Origin: Octopus sinensis
Lineage: Eukaryota
Direction of reading: 5' to 3'
Length of the DNA: 64,000 bases
NCBI RefSeq assembly: GCF_006345805.1
Contig: NW_021833233.1
Location: forward strand, 1 to 64,000
Shown: one piece after another, positions 26,911 to 39,985 of the stretch
How the letters are laid out: each line of letters begins with the position of its first letter
How positions within the stretch are numbered: position 1 is the stretch's first letter
Made by a program: the position numbers and the translations under genes
The notes under the pieces: generated by a model
What the model saw: the letters and a program-made list of their open reading frames with translations, nothing else
Databases searched by the model: none
What the model was told of the DNA's origin: nothing

Positions 26911-27329
26911 GTAAATGAATTTGAATAGCATCTGCGTTCAACCCCAGTTATTTACTCATACTACACAAATTACTGCACATTAACCCGGAGTTTCTACCTT
27001 TGAATAGGTCGCTTCATCGTCTTACTTGCGTGAATTTTGCTACCTTGGTAACTGTTTATTCAATTTTCCATGTTAACGGTAAACAAAAAATAATTCATTC
27101 ATCCATTCATATATATATATATATTCATACGTCCCCATATATTTACACATGCATTCAGACCTCTATATTTATATATTCTTATATACACAAGCATACGTAC
27201 TCACACACACACACATGAATACGTATCTACCCTACTCAAGTCTTTACGTTCACATATACATTGATGTGAGAAGAATTAGTTAGATGATAAGGTACCTCCG
27301 TGAGTTGTTCTTTTCAACGATGAAATGAT

Positions 27330-28382
27330 CGAAATTGTAGCTGTCATCCACTTCTATTTGGATATATGCATCTTTTATAAAAATCCCTTTATTGTGGAGT
27401 GGAATATCATTTCTTTTGTGTCTGGTAGTGGTTTGTACTTTCTAATGAAGAATTCTTCTTTATATTTCCGGAAAATTTCGTTGAACATTTGTAAATACAG
27501 TTCGTTATCAAAGAGGAAATGGTTGTTCGGCAATATTGATTGGAGCCTTTCCAAAATAAACTCTTTCAGAAATCTCTCTGAAATGGAATCTGGGTGTTTT
27601 GTAATCCAGAAGTTTACAGCTTGTTAGAATATAGGCTTGTTACTCTTGTAATCCAGAAGTTAACAGCTTGTTAGAATATAAGTTTGTTACTCTTCTAACA
27701 AGCTGTTAGAATAACAGCTTGTAAAAATATGCCAAGCTACATCAGAGATGATATGGAATTCCTGAACTATATCCTCCAGAATGTACACCAAGACACAGTC
27801 TTAGTCAGCTTTGAGGTAACAAGCTTATATTCTAACAAGCTTATGGTCTAACAAGCTGTTATTCTAACAGCTTGTTAGACCATAAGCTTGTTAGAATATA
27901 AGCTTGTTACCTCAAAGCTGACTAAGACTGTGTCTTGGTGTACATTCTGGAGGATATAGTTCAGGAATTCCATATCATCTCTGATGTAGCTTGGCATATT
28001 TTTACATAGGGGTTTCAGAATGATGTCTAATACAGTGGCTTAGACCAGCAACAAGTGGGCGTTATTTTAATTCTGTCGGTTTTGGCATTTCGACATATAT
28101 ATTTTTGCATTTTATGTTGTTTAGGATTTCTTTGGATCTGTGAACTTTCGGTAATCTACAAAAATTGCTGGTTTTCATTTAAAAGTTAAGTAATTGATTT
28201 CATTTAGTCTGAGGTTATTTAGGTACTTTCTCGTCAATTTACCTATTTGAATCATCGATTTTCTTTCTTCGGTTTTGTTAATTTTCCTATAAAACCCCTC
28301 GTCAATCAACTCCTCTAGGGCCATATCTTTGAAGTGGTTTTCGCCCATGATGAAGATTGCTCTGCCTTTGTCAGCATCTTTT
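27330..28382 (-). pseudogene. Decayed Penelope-like element: RT N-half fused to end of endonuclease region
   Basis: DADKGRAIFIMG...LPKVH...LDIILKPLCKNMPSYIRDDMEFL...VLVSFEVTSLYSN...FWITKHPDSISERFLKEFIL...NNHFLFDNELYLQ then FFIRKYKPL. Confidence 0.85.
27720..28006. repeat. Perfect palindrome, 142-bp arms with 3-nt loop
   Basis: 27720-27861 is the exact reverse complement of 27865-28006 (compared base by base). Confidence 0.95.
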
Positions 28383-28399
28383 TATGATTATTGAGAAAA

Positions 28400-28932
28400 A
28401 TACAAGAAAGATTTCATATTCCCTACAACTATAAAGAAAAAGAAGAAACAACAAAAGCTATAAAACAACTGAAGTCCAAACTAAAACTGAAGCAACAAAA
28501 TACCCTTACATGGCAAATAATGGGGTAATCTAAACATAACTAGACAAAGTAAACTTCCAACAATAGTTAAGAAGCTCAGAAGTTGAAGCAGAGACTGAAG
28601 GATTTTTAATTGCAGCACAATATTAAAACCTCCTTACCAGAAACCACCAGAAACACATAATGACGAAAAATACGATTAACTGCAGGATATGTGTGGGTGA
28701 GGAAGAAATAATAAATTATATTGTCTCTGGCTGCTCAGTGCAGGCTGAAAAGGAATATATCCACAGACATAACAGTGTTGGGATCTATATATACTGGAAG
28801 CTACGCCAGTACTAAGGAATAACAGACAAAAGGATGGTGTAGGCATACGCCAGAAAAGGTCTCAGAAACTAACAAAGCAACCACACTCTGGGACGTGACA
28901 ACACATACAAATAGAGAAATCAAGGCTAATGG
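28400..28932 (+). pseudogene. R4/Dong-like (RLE-type) non-LTR retrotransposon fragment
   Basis: EAETEGFLIAAQ...CRICVGEEEIINYIVSGC...EYIHRHN...WKL...LWD...NREIKAN, with stops and frameshifts. Confidence 0.85.
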
Positions 28933-28959
28933 AAGAGATGGGTTACTCGACGAGAAGAA

Positions 28960-29160
28960 AATTCTAACTGGGTCCCACCTGCAAGGTCAAGTGCTCTTTA
29001 TTTTGATATGAGAATGAGATCACCATGGCATGCACATATGGTTGTGATGCATGTGCCTAGTGTAACCTTATCAGACGGGTAGTCATGATGGGTATACTGG
29101 GCTCCGTATATTTTACCCCAGTGACACTTTGATGGCATGCACTGTTCTCTCACTCAATAA
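28960..29160 (+). mobile_element. Probable SINE 3' fragment ending in (AAT)n
   Basis: GC-richer block ending ctctcactcaataataataat; single copy in window. Confidence 0.35.
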
Positions 29161-30029
29161 TAATAATGATAAAAATGATAGTAATAATAATAATAATAAT
29201 ATTAATAATAATAATAATAATAGTAGTAGTAATAATAATAGTAATAATAATAATAATAATGATTTCATTTAGGTGTTGACTCTGCAGTTTACCCAATAAA
29301 GCACACATCCGCGGATCCAGAATATCGGATTGTAGTCATCATAATTTATCCAACATTTGCCTGAAAATTCCTCAAGTATCCACAGATATTTTACGATTAT
29401 AAACAAGGCAAGTGGAGAAAGAAAGTCGCTTTATAACAAGATGTTGAACTATTTCATCTGTATGGTTGCTTTGCCATTTTCTGAGACTTTCATCTTATCA
29501 AATATTGTTATAATACGCAGTAATATGTGCAAATATCGATTCTGGAGGTGTCGCTGACACGTACGAAAATTGGATTCTTCACAATTATGCACAAATGGTA
29601 ATTGCTCGATAAATAGTTTTTAGGCATAAACCTGATGAGTTGAATTTTGTAACGTGTCATTGACCCCCTAAAGAATCAAAATTTGAGATAGTATTGTATG
29701 ATATGGAAATATTCATAGAGATCAGATTCAGATGAAACACACATACATACACACGCTCAGACACACTCACACATATGTATTTATGGGTATTTGAAGATAT
29801 TTATATAATTATAAGCGGGAGTGCTGAAAGGTTTCTGGCTGTATGGTTATCGCGAATGGTCTGGTTAGAATCCGAACGAAATTCTTTCACAAATTGAGGT
29901 CGTCCCTAATTAAAACGCAGAAACATCTCTTCATAGAAGTGTTCTTGGTGTGCATGTGCGTATAAAGTGTCCCGGTTATATACTTACATATATACATACA
30001 TACATACATATATATATATATATAGTATG

Positions 30030-30068
<39 letters not shown>

Positions 30069-30158
30069 TATATATATATCTATATATACATACATACATA
30101 CATATACATATATACGCACACACACACACACACATATATGTATATATCTGTAACATAT

Positions 30159-30200
<42 letters not shown>

Positions 30201-30374
30201 CGTATGCATGTATATATAGCTTAGATGTGTATATATGTATGTATGTCTATGGTTGTGCATGCCTGTCTTTTATCCTTGTATTTTGTAATTTTTTCACCAG
30301 CAGTCGGACTGTTCCACTGCATTAAAAAATTTTAGTTGAACGACTCGCTCCTAGGGCTTAGTTATTTTGAAATC

Positions 30375-30685
30375 TTTTTACTTATTTTATTGACATCTTT
30401 TGCTGAACAACTAGGTTACAGGAACGAAAAATACCAACGCCGGTTGTCGGGCGGGATGGGGTGGACAAACACAAACAGAAAGTCACGCAGACACACACAC
30501 ACACACACATATATATGGTTAAATATATATGATGGGCATATTTGAAGTTCCGTCTAACAAGACCCCTCGCAGTCAGGTCGGATCCGAGGTGTAGTAGAAG
30601 ATATCTGCTCAAGGTGTAACGCAGCTGAAATGAACCGCCAACCCTGTCCTTGTGAAGCAAAAGTCTAAACACAAAGGTACGCCTA
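30375..30685 (-). mobile_element. Old diverged SINE family B copy
   Basis: ggacaaacacaaac, gtagtagaagatatctgctcaaggtg align to family B. Confidence 0.6.
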
Positions 30686-30739
30686 CTACAGTGCGACTGC
30701 TTTCCTAAGAATATTTTCTAAATTGGCGGCTCTGTTGTG

Positions 30740-30778
<39 letters not shown>

Positions 30779-30781
30779 CTT

Positions 30782-31313
30782 TAACTCCTGAAAAATGTTT
30801 CAACCCGAAAGCTGCGGCCATGCTGTCGCACCACCGTTGACTGTGCTACACTTGTATGGGAAGCCACCTCTGATACGTGAACAAGGGAGTTCGACGCCGC
30901 TGTCCGCATCTGTGTTTCCTGCCGAGAAGTAGGTTTATCTGAAACCCCTGACAAGAAGAGATCGAGTTTAGTTTTAAAGAAGCCCACATCATCACCATGC
31001 AGGTCTCTCAGGCATTTAGGAAGAATATTGAAACCCAAGCTGTTGCAGTATCTGGTCCTGTATTTTCATGGTGATGGTGGAATATTTGGCACCATGCAGT
31101 GGCGCCCCGTTCTGTTGTTGGGGTAACTTTCAGTGCCGAAATTTGGGACAAGGCCCTCAAAGATTTTCCAGATGTATATCACTGTATATCCCTACCGCCT
31201 TTGCTCCAAGGAGAAGAGTTTAAATACTTTCAGTCTTAGCCAGTAGCTGATATGGGGCATTGAGACGTTCTTCTTAGTGTAGCTTCGTTGGATTGCTTCG
31301 AGCTCTACTGTTA
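30782..31313 (-). pseudogene. CR1/L2-group LINE 3' end (RT C-terminus and 3' UTR)
   Basis: LEAIQRSYTKK...SYWLRLKVFKLFSLEQRR...LGFNILPKCLRDLHG..FKTKLDLFLSGVSD.P...RTAASNSL. Confidence 0.8.
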
Positions 31314-31367
<54 letters not shown>

Positions 31368-31375
31368 ATATATAG

Positions 31376-31412
<37 letters not shown>

Positions 31413-31473
31413 CGATCGATGGATAGATGGATAGATAGATAGATAGATGGATGGATGGATGGATGGATGGATT

Positions 31474-31531
<58 letters not shown>

Positions 31532-31633
31532 GGATAGATATATGGATAGATAGATGGATAAATAGATAGATATAGATAGATAGATACATATATACACACA
31601 CACATATCTATATATACGTACGTATGTATATAT

Positions 31634-31672
<39 letters not shown>

Positions 31673-32159
31673 CTATATATGTATATACATTTATATGTAT
31701 ATGCGTTTGTGTTTAAATATGAGTATATAAATATGTACATGCGTACAAACATACACACACATATATATATATATATATGCATACATAGATTCATAAATAC
31801 TTTGTTATATATACACATATATACATTCAACTTTATCTACCTAGGCTTTATATGAGAGATAACTGGAAGCGTACAACCTAATTATTTCGAACATCATCGT
31901 CATAGTGTTTTTTCTCCTTATTCTTTTATTCTTGTTCGTCTATTCTTTAAATCTTGTATGTTTTGCTCAGTTCAGCAATGTGTTGTATTATTGAACACAT
32001 TATTATTGCGAAATGCCTAAAAGCAGAAGTGTAATTTTTTTTTTTTTTTTTTGGTTTTATTTTGGTTTTCTGTTTCTACTTAGCCAAATGTCTTCAAAGT
32101 TAATTTTTTTTTTACACATATAAATAGAATATCAGGACGGGTATTATCAATAATAAAAT

Positions 32160-32418
32160 TGATAAGGACAAGCAAAACAACAATGATGATGATTACGATG
32201 ATAGCAAAAACAACAACAACACCAACAACAGCAATAAAACTAATAATAATAATAATAATAATAATAATGATGATGATGAAGATGATGATGATAATAATAA
32301 CAATAATAATAATAAAAATAATAATAAAATAATAATAATAATAATAATTATTATTATTATTATTATGATAATAATAATAATAATAATGATAACAACCACA
32401 ATAATAATAATAATAATA

Positions 32419-32454
<36 letters not shown>

Positions 32455-32464
32455 CAACAACAAC

Positions 32465-32496
<32 letters not shown>

Positions 32497-32647
32497 TGAT
32501 AACAACAACAGCAACAACAATAATAATAGTAATAATAATAATAATAATTATAATTATAATAATAATAATAATAATGATAATAATAATAATAATAATAATA
32601 GTAATAATAATAATAATAATAATAATGATAACAACAACAACAACAAC

Positions 32648-32688
<41 letters not shown>

Positions 32689-32707
32689 TAACAACAACAA
32701 CAGCAAC

Positions 32708-32739
<32 letters not shown>

Positions 32740-33001
32740 GCTGCCAATATTGCTGATCGTTAAGTCATAACCATTATCTATACGATCATTATAATTATCA
32801 ATATTAGACAAAATTACATTGAATTTTTCACATCGCTGAAGCATTACTTAGGAAGAAACCAAGAATCAGCTTCCTTACAGATATTTAATTAAGATAGAAT
32901 CATACACAGACATCAACATACACTCACACGCTCACGCATATGTATACACCCACACATCTATGCATGCATAATTATATACATTATAATATATGCATATATA
33001 C

Positions 33002-33035
<34 letters not shown>

Positions 33036-33113
33036 GCATGTATGTATATATATATATACGTTTACATATATATACATATATATATACACGTACACATACA
33101 TATATATATATAA

Positions 33114-33158
<45 letters not shown>

Positions 33159-33324
33159 CATACATATATACATGCAAGTATGCATGAATGAGTGAGCATA
33201 AATATCCATTATATATATATATATATATGATTACACTCACAAACTCACTAACAGGCTCATATATACATACATAATTATATACTACTACAATTGTGCTTGT
33301 GATATATATATATATGTGTGTATA

Positions 33325-33370
<46 letters not shown>

Positions 33371-34010
33371 ATTATATATATATGTGTTTGTGTGTATGTA
33401 TATATATATATATATATATGCATGTATGTATATATATATATGTATGTATATGTATATATATATATATGCACACACATACATATATATATATAAATATATA
33501 TTATATATATATATATATATATGTGTGTGTATATATATATATATGCATGTATGTATATATATATATGTGTTTGTGTGTATGTATATATATATATGTGTGT
33601 GTATATATATATATGTGTTTGTGTGTATGTATATATATATATGTGTGTGTATATATATATATGTGTTTGTGTGTATGTATATATATATATGTGTGTGTAT
33701 ATATATATATAATAATAATAATAATAGTAATAATAATAATAATGATGATGATGAAGATGATGATGATAATAATAACAATAATAATAATAATGATAATAAT
33801 AATAATAATTATAATTATAATAATAATAATAATGATAACAACCACAATAATAATAATAATGATGATAACAACAACAACAGCAACAACAATAATAATAATA
33901 ATATAATGATAACAACCACAATAATAATAATAATTATTATTATTATTATTATGATAATAATAATAATAATGATAACAACCACAAAATAATAAATACCAAG
34001 TTACACATCT
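32160..34010. repeat. Compound AAT/GAT/AAC and AT/GT microsatellite patchwork with internal re-duplicated blocks
   Basis: Blocks near 32265-32420 recur near 33740-33990. Confidence 0.85.
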
Positions 34011-34250
34011 CACGTAATTTTGTCAATATATAAACCATTAAGCCTGAAATAAAACTAGGAGTGTTCTCGTTAATAACTAAAGATATCGTGTACAGGCTCA
34101 AAAATAATCCCACGAATACGCCTTCTCTCCTTCTATCCATCTGGTTCCTTCCTTTCTCCCCCTTCTTATCAGAGACGAACAAGACGTTCATATATATACG
34201 ATGTGTATACAAATATATATGTAGGTGTATGTATAATATATATATATATC

Positions 34251-34283
<33 letters not shown>

Positions 34284-34284
34284 G

Positions 34285-34315
<31 letters not shown>

Positions 34316-34329
34316 AAGGGTGAAAAGGA

Positions 34330-35915
34330 ACACACGAGTTGATATATATGAAAAAAACAAGTAAAAAATAGAAAATGCTAAAATAATTTTATAGTGAACA
34401 TTTCAGTACCGTTTCGGTCATTTTGAGACCTTTTCAACTGTAACGATTAAATAATTAAATTTAGAAAAATTAGAAGAAAAGTTTTTTTTAAAGAATATTT
34501 CTATAATAGTGTTCAGATTTAAGTGGCATTCTGCCTTTCTCTGACTCCCTTGTTGCACTTGTGTGTTCGAGGTAGTTGTGAGTTCTTGGTAGGGTAGTAG
34601 AGGGAAGGCTGGTGAGGAAGGGGGTGGGAGAATCTGGGAGTGCCCTGATGGTCGTATTTTGAATGGTCAGTGGCGGCTGGCAGTCTCAGTTCAATTCAGG
34701 AGAATATTTATATTGACAGGCTTGTTTATAGAATTAGCGTAGGTGTTATACTAAAAAACATTAGTGACAAACTTAAGGGGTAGGGGGTGGAGAAGAAGAA
34801 GAAGAAGAAGAAGAAGAAGAAGAGAAGGAGAAGGAGAAGATGACGATGATGGTGATGGTGGTGATGATTATGACGACGATGATGATGATAACGATGATGA
34901 TGAGAAGAAGAAGAAGAAGAAGAAGAAGGAGGAGAAGAGAAGATGGTGGTGATGATGGTGGCGATGATGATGATGCCGATGATGATGATAACGATGATGA
35001 TGAAGGAAGAGAAGAAGAAGAAGAAGGAGAAGAAGGAGAAGGAGAAGATGACGATGATGGTGATGGTGGTGATGATTATGACGACGATGATGATGATAAC
35101 GATGATGAGAAGAAGAAGAAGAAGAGAAGAAGAAGAAGAAGGAGGAGAAGGAGAAGATGGTGGTGATGATGGTGGCGATGATGATGATGCCGATGATGAT
35201 GATAACGATGATGATGAAGAAGAAGAGGAAGAAGAAGAAGAAGAAAAAAACAGAGAAGGGAGAATATGAATGGGTTGTAAATATAGCTATGAAGGGGCTG
35301 ATTAGTAATGGATTCTATGGAGTGTAGTATTTGTGTGTATATATATTTTTTCTTTTATTCTAAAGTTGAGGTATATTAATTGTTTGTCGTAGACCCGTTA
35401 AGAAGTGGCTTGTATTTTGTAATAAAGAGATTTTCTTTACTTATTCGTTGTCTCGAGGTTGTATCGTCCCTAAATTGGTAGAGGGGGAAAATTCTGAAGT
35501 TTGGTGTTTTTTTGTTGGCGCAAGTATCTATGTGTTGGCTAAAAGCTATTTTTCTGTTTTGGGGAATTTTTATCTGGGATCTGTGCAGGGCCATTCGTTA
35601 CGCAAACCATTTTTTGTTTGGCCTATGTACTGCTCTTGACACCCGGAGCAGGTTAGTGAGTATATTAGGTTCTCCGAAGCACATGTGAAGTTGCTTTTCA
35701 CTGTAAAACGTTGTCCCTGTTTGAAGGAGAATTCAGAACCCTCGATTATAGTCGCATATCCCGCAATTGGGTCTTCCACATTTTTTTACTGTCGGCTTCT
35801 GTGTTGAAGAGTGAATTCGGGCTTGTGTAAGGAGACTTTTCATGGATCTAGGCTGTCTTTTGCTTTTTATGATCGTGTGTGTTTGGAGGATTGTGTTCAT
35901 TCTGTGGTCTTTTTT
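34330..35915 (-). mobile_element. Penelope-like element 3' part: Cys-rich linker, GIY-YIG endonuclease, long 3' UTR
   Basis: KRQPRSMKSLLTQA...KKCGRPNCGIC...FTCASENLIYSLTCSGCQEQYIGQTKNGLR...HRSQIK...FSQHIDTC...FITKYKPLLN; frameshifted. Confidence 0.9.
34404..34440 (-). ncRNA. Variant minimal hammerhead-like motif (U3-A8) in Penelope 3' UTR
   Basis: cag-TTGAAAA-ggtc(tcaaaat)gacc-GAAA-cggta-ctg. Confidence 0.45.
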
Positions 35916-36046
35916 TAGGAGGGGTATGTATATATATTTATATATTTATTTATTTATATATTTATATTTATATTGTATATATATATTTCTATGTGTATAT
36001 CTGTATATGTATATACATACAACATTGCCTATATATAGCCAGCTAG

Positions 36047-36094
<48 letters not shown>

Positions 36095-36951
36095 TAAAAT
36101 AGATAGATACATAGATATATAGATAGATATATATAGATATATAGATAGATAGATAGATACATACATACATACTACATACATACATACATACATACATATA
36201 CATACACACATATATAACATACATGCAGGTATTCATGCGGTCATAGGTGATAACTTTTATGCTAGAGAGTTACGTAAGATATATGAGAATGGGCAATCTA
36301 TAAAATTAAGGTGATTCTAAAATGAGGTTTGTGACCTTCCGAAGTTTTCGCAATGTCATTTATAGGTTTAAAGCAACCAACGTTAAACGAACCTTCGTAA
36401 AATAATCGATATTTTGGAACACCATGAACAAAATGTTATGAATTTTCCCAGTATGATATTACGTTCAGTATCATTTGAGTTAGTGCTCTACATGAGATAT
36501 TCCAATAGCAATGGTGTGCATGAAAATCTATCTGCTTTTTTCGTTATGTAAGTATAACATATATGCTTTACAATTCATGTCATCAACAATTATTTACTTA
36601 GTAGCATGCCCAAGATATTAAAGTTCTGTAGAATGTGTGACTTTTTCGGGAACTACGAACGTTGGGTATGATTCGGAAACTGTCTCTCCAGGCGAGAAAT
36701 GTGTAATGCACGAATATGTACCCTAGAGATTGGATTCATATTAGCGTGTTACGAGTACATACTTCTAGGGTGTAAGAGCAAATGAATATGACATATACAT
36801 ATTAGCGATTCGCTAAATTATTCATAGATTTCTATGGTAAATACATATATGCTGAGAGAGAATTAAGTCCGGAATCAGCCGGGCGAACGGTCCTTGGTAT
36901 GATATGAAAGGAAATGAAATGAGAAGTAGGACACATTCATAATAACCAGAT

Positions 36952-37338
36952 TACTCTCTCTTTTACTCTTTTACATGTTTCAGTCATTTGACTGCGGCCA
37001 TGCTGGACCCCAGGACTTATTCTTTGTAAGCACAGTACTTATTCTATCGGTCTCTTTTACCGAACCGCTAAGTGACGGGGACGTAAACACACCAGCATCG
37101 ATTGTCAAGCAATGCTAGGGGTACAAATACAGACACACAAACACGTACACATACATACATATATATACATATATACGACAGGCTTCTTTCAGTTTCCGTC
37201 TACCAAATCTACTCACAAGGTATTGGTCGGCCCGGGGCTATAGCAGAAGACACTTGCCCAAGATGCCATGCAGTGGTACTGAACCCGGAACCATGTGGTT
37301 GGTTAGCAAGCTACTTACCGCACAGCCACTCCCGCGCC
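36952..37338 (-). mobile_element. SINE family B
   Basis: Family B head and tail, small internal deletion. Confidence 0.9.
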
Positions 37339-37875
37339 TTTGTTGATTACGTATAAGTAAACAAGCTATATTCAAGAATTAGGTAAAATATGTTTAAATC
37401 TTTAGAGAAATCTGTAGAGGATTACACTTTTCTCTATTGGATAATAGAACGTAAATATGCAAAGTGAGTAGCATAATTTCTGTATCATTCTGAATTACTC
37501 GCAGTTACTTGTAAAATGTTAACTTTTCTTTCCTGAAATGTTCTTACCACTTGATAGGTTAAAACTGATATAAGAAACTGCTGGCGTTTCTCTTCAGTTA
37601 TTCTATAAAGTGTTAGCTTGTCTTGGAAGAATGATTTTTGAGCTATAATTCATACGGCTAGATTCCACACAGATCCTTTTAAATTTCTCTTCTGTTATGT
37701 GCTATTTAATTACCTTGCCAAACATATATCCAGGGAGCTGTACAGAAGCATATTTTAAAAGACCATTTCACAACCACGTACCCTGGGTCAGGCCCCAATG
37801 CGCAGCATCTTGAGAAAATATGACTTGTATATGGGTATGTGTTAACTCGTAACTTCATAACTTATAAGTGAAATT

Positions 37876-38124
37876 AAAGTAAGGTAAAGGTTACTTTCTC
37901 GAATCATGCCGACTCATAAGGTTCTGTTTCTTGGTTTCCAAGAAGTATAAACTGTCCACCTGGACCGGACGCCGGTCCATCGACGGATTAGTCGCTGAAT
38001 AAACTGGAGCAACGTGAAATGAAGTGTTTTGCTCAAGAATATATCGTATCATCCGGTCCAGGAAACGAAACCACAATCCTACGACCACGACTCCAACACC
38101 CTAACAGCTAAGCCACGTATCTCT
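37876..38124 (-). mobile_element. tRNA-derived SINE, D-type head, V-like core, ACCTTT tail
   Basis: tggcttagctgttagg, ttgagcaaaacacttcatttcacgttgctccag, cgatggaccggcgtccggtccagg, aacctttacct. Confidence 0.75.
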
Positions 38125-38869
38125 GCTGTAAATGAAATTGGGTAGCCGGAAACTAACTACAAGCAGTACCTGCAATTCAAAATCACATCGGTGTCACACA
38201 CTGTACTACCCTGATTCTACCCCCGACTTACGATGTGGGTACACTTGTCTATGGAATGTTCAGGAATTTGCACTCAAATTCAATGAGCTGGCAGTTCGCT
38301 TGATCGAACAACAAATCAATATTCATTAACGAAAAACGACGGAGATCCTTCGAAGCATATATCATAAAACGTGTCAGCCATTTCTTCCTCCTTTTTTTTT
38401 ACGTATGGAAGAAAATTACAAAAACATTCAGACCAAGGCCAATTAACTGACAACACATTAACAAAATTATTGCCTTCGCAAGGGGAACAATTTACGCAAA
38501 AAAAACGAAGCAATTGCTAAATATTGTATGAAAATGATAACACGTATGATCCTTAATTAACACATTGTATCATTATGACTATTATTGATCATGTAGTATA
38601 GAAATGTATTCCTCATTAGTAATTACATCAACCCCCTACTTTTCGGCTTTTGGTTGTTTTCTGGAACCACAATTGGTTTTTTAACATTATCATACAACTG
38701 CGGCAATAAGTGTGCCATATTTTTGTTGGTGTTCAGCTACAAATCGGTTACTCCGACAAACCGAAAATGAATTTCCCTTAAATGCTAACTATGGATGGCT
38801 ATCAATATTAGAATGGGAGAAATCGCAAATAGAAGCAATAACAACATAGAGAACAGGAGAATAAGGGAA

Positions 38870-39310
38870 ACATTATCATCATCATCATCATTATCATCGT
38901 CATCATCATCATCATCATCGTCCTCGTCGTCGTAGTCATCGTCATCATCATCAATATTATTATTATTATCATTATTATTATAATAGTAGTAATAGTATTA
39001 GTAGTAGTAGTAGTAGTAGGAGGAGGAGGAGGAGGAGGAGTAGCAATTGATGGAGGAGTAGTAGTAGTAGTAGGAGGAGGAGGAGCAATTGTTGTAGTAG
39101 TAGTAGTAGGAGGAGGAGGAGGTGGAGTAGCAATTGTTGTTGTAGTAGTAGTAGTAGTAGTGGTGGTGGTGGTGGTGGTAGTAGTAGTAGTAGGAGTAGC
39201 AATTGTTGGAGGAGTAGTAGTAGTAGTAGTAGTAGTAGTAGGAGGAGGAGGAGGAGGTGGAGTAGCAATTGTTGTTGTAGTAGTAGTAGTAGTAGTAGTA
39301 GTAGTAATTA
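38870..39310. repeat. Compound CAT/GTA/GGA trinucleotide microsatellite
   Basis: Direct inspection. Confidence 0.95.
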
Positions 39311-39799
39311 CTGTTTGTGTTCTTTTAGTTACTGTTTGCTGTTATTGTCCACAATTTTTTCCATTCTATTTTCTCTACTTCTCGGGAGGCCATGCTAAAA
39401 CAATAATTGACAGGTACAAAAAAAAATAAAAGCGACAAAGTAATCTGGTTCAAAGCTGAACTACTGAAGAGACATAATTAACCATCCATGAAATAGCTGG
39501 AACGGAACCATGAATGGCTCGTCAAGAATAATAATATACAGCAAATACTCAACAACTATGTTTCACAACATGCTTGTCTACGACGCTGTTTGGACAACAC
39601 TGTCTCACAAATAAAAAGCAACATGAATCTGAAAGGATACGGATATGTCGATGTAGACCTGCTACTGAGTGACATAGCTATTGCAGAACACTCTACATAT
39701 GGGATGAAGTGCGTGTACATACGGTATCTATCGACCTTATAATAATCAGACATATTAAAGAATCTAACGATATATATACGTATATATTTATATATGAAA

Positions 39800-39985
39800 C
39801 AGGGACAACTAATGAAGGGGAAAAATTTTTATGTTGCACGTCTCGTTTCTCTGTTTGTTTGTTTTTTCGTTGTTACAAAATAACGTTCGTTTCTGATTTT
39901 GTTTTTATGTTTTCGTTTCTCCTTGTGTCCAAAGTTTTCTTGATGTTCTGTACACATATATGCATGTATATATACATATATATGT
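39800..39985. repeat. Interspersed repeat shared with 48310-48520, possibly a Penelope pLTR remnant
   Basis: ctRAwgaagggg...ttgtttttatgttttcgtttctc...ctgtac.catatatgcatg in both copies. Confidence 0.55.

Noticed and set aside
36632-36726. Peptide CVTFSGTTNVGYDSETVSPGEKC loosely spaced like a kringle start
   Set aside because: Lacks YRG and Trp, runs into a stop, no good donor site
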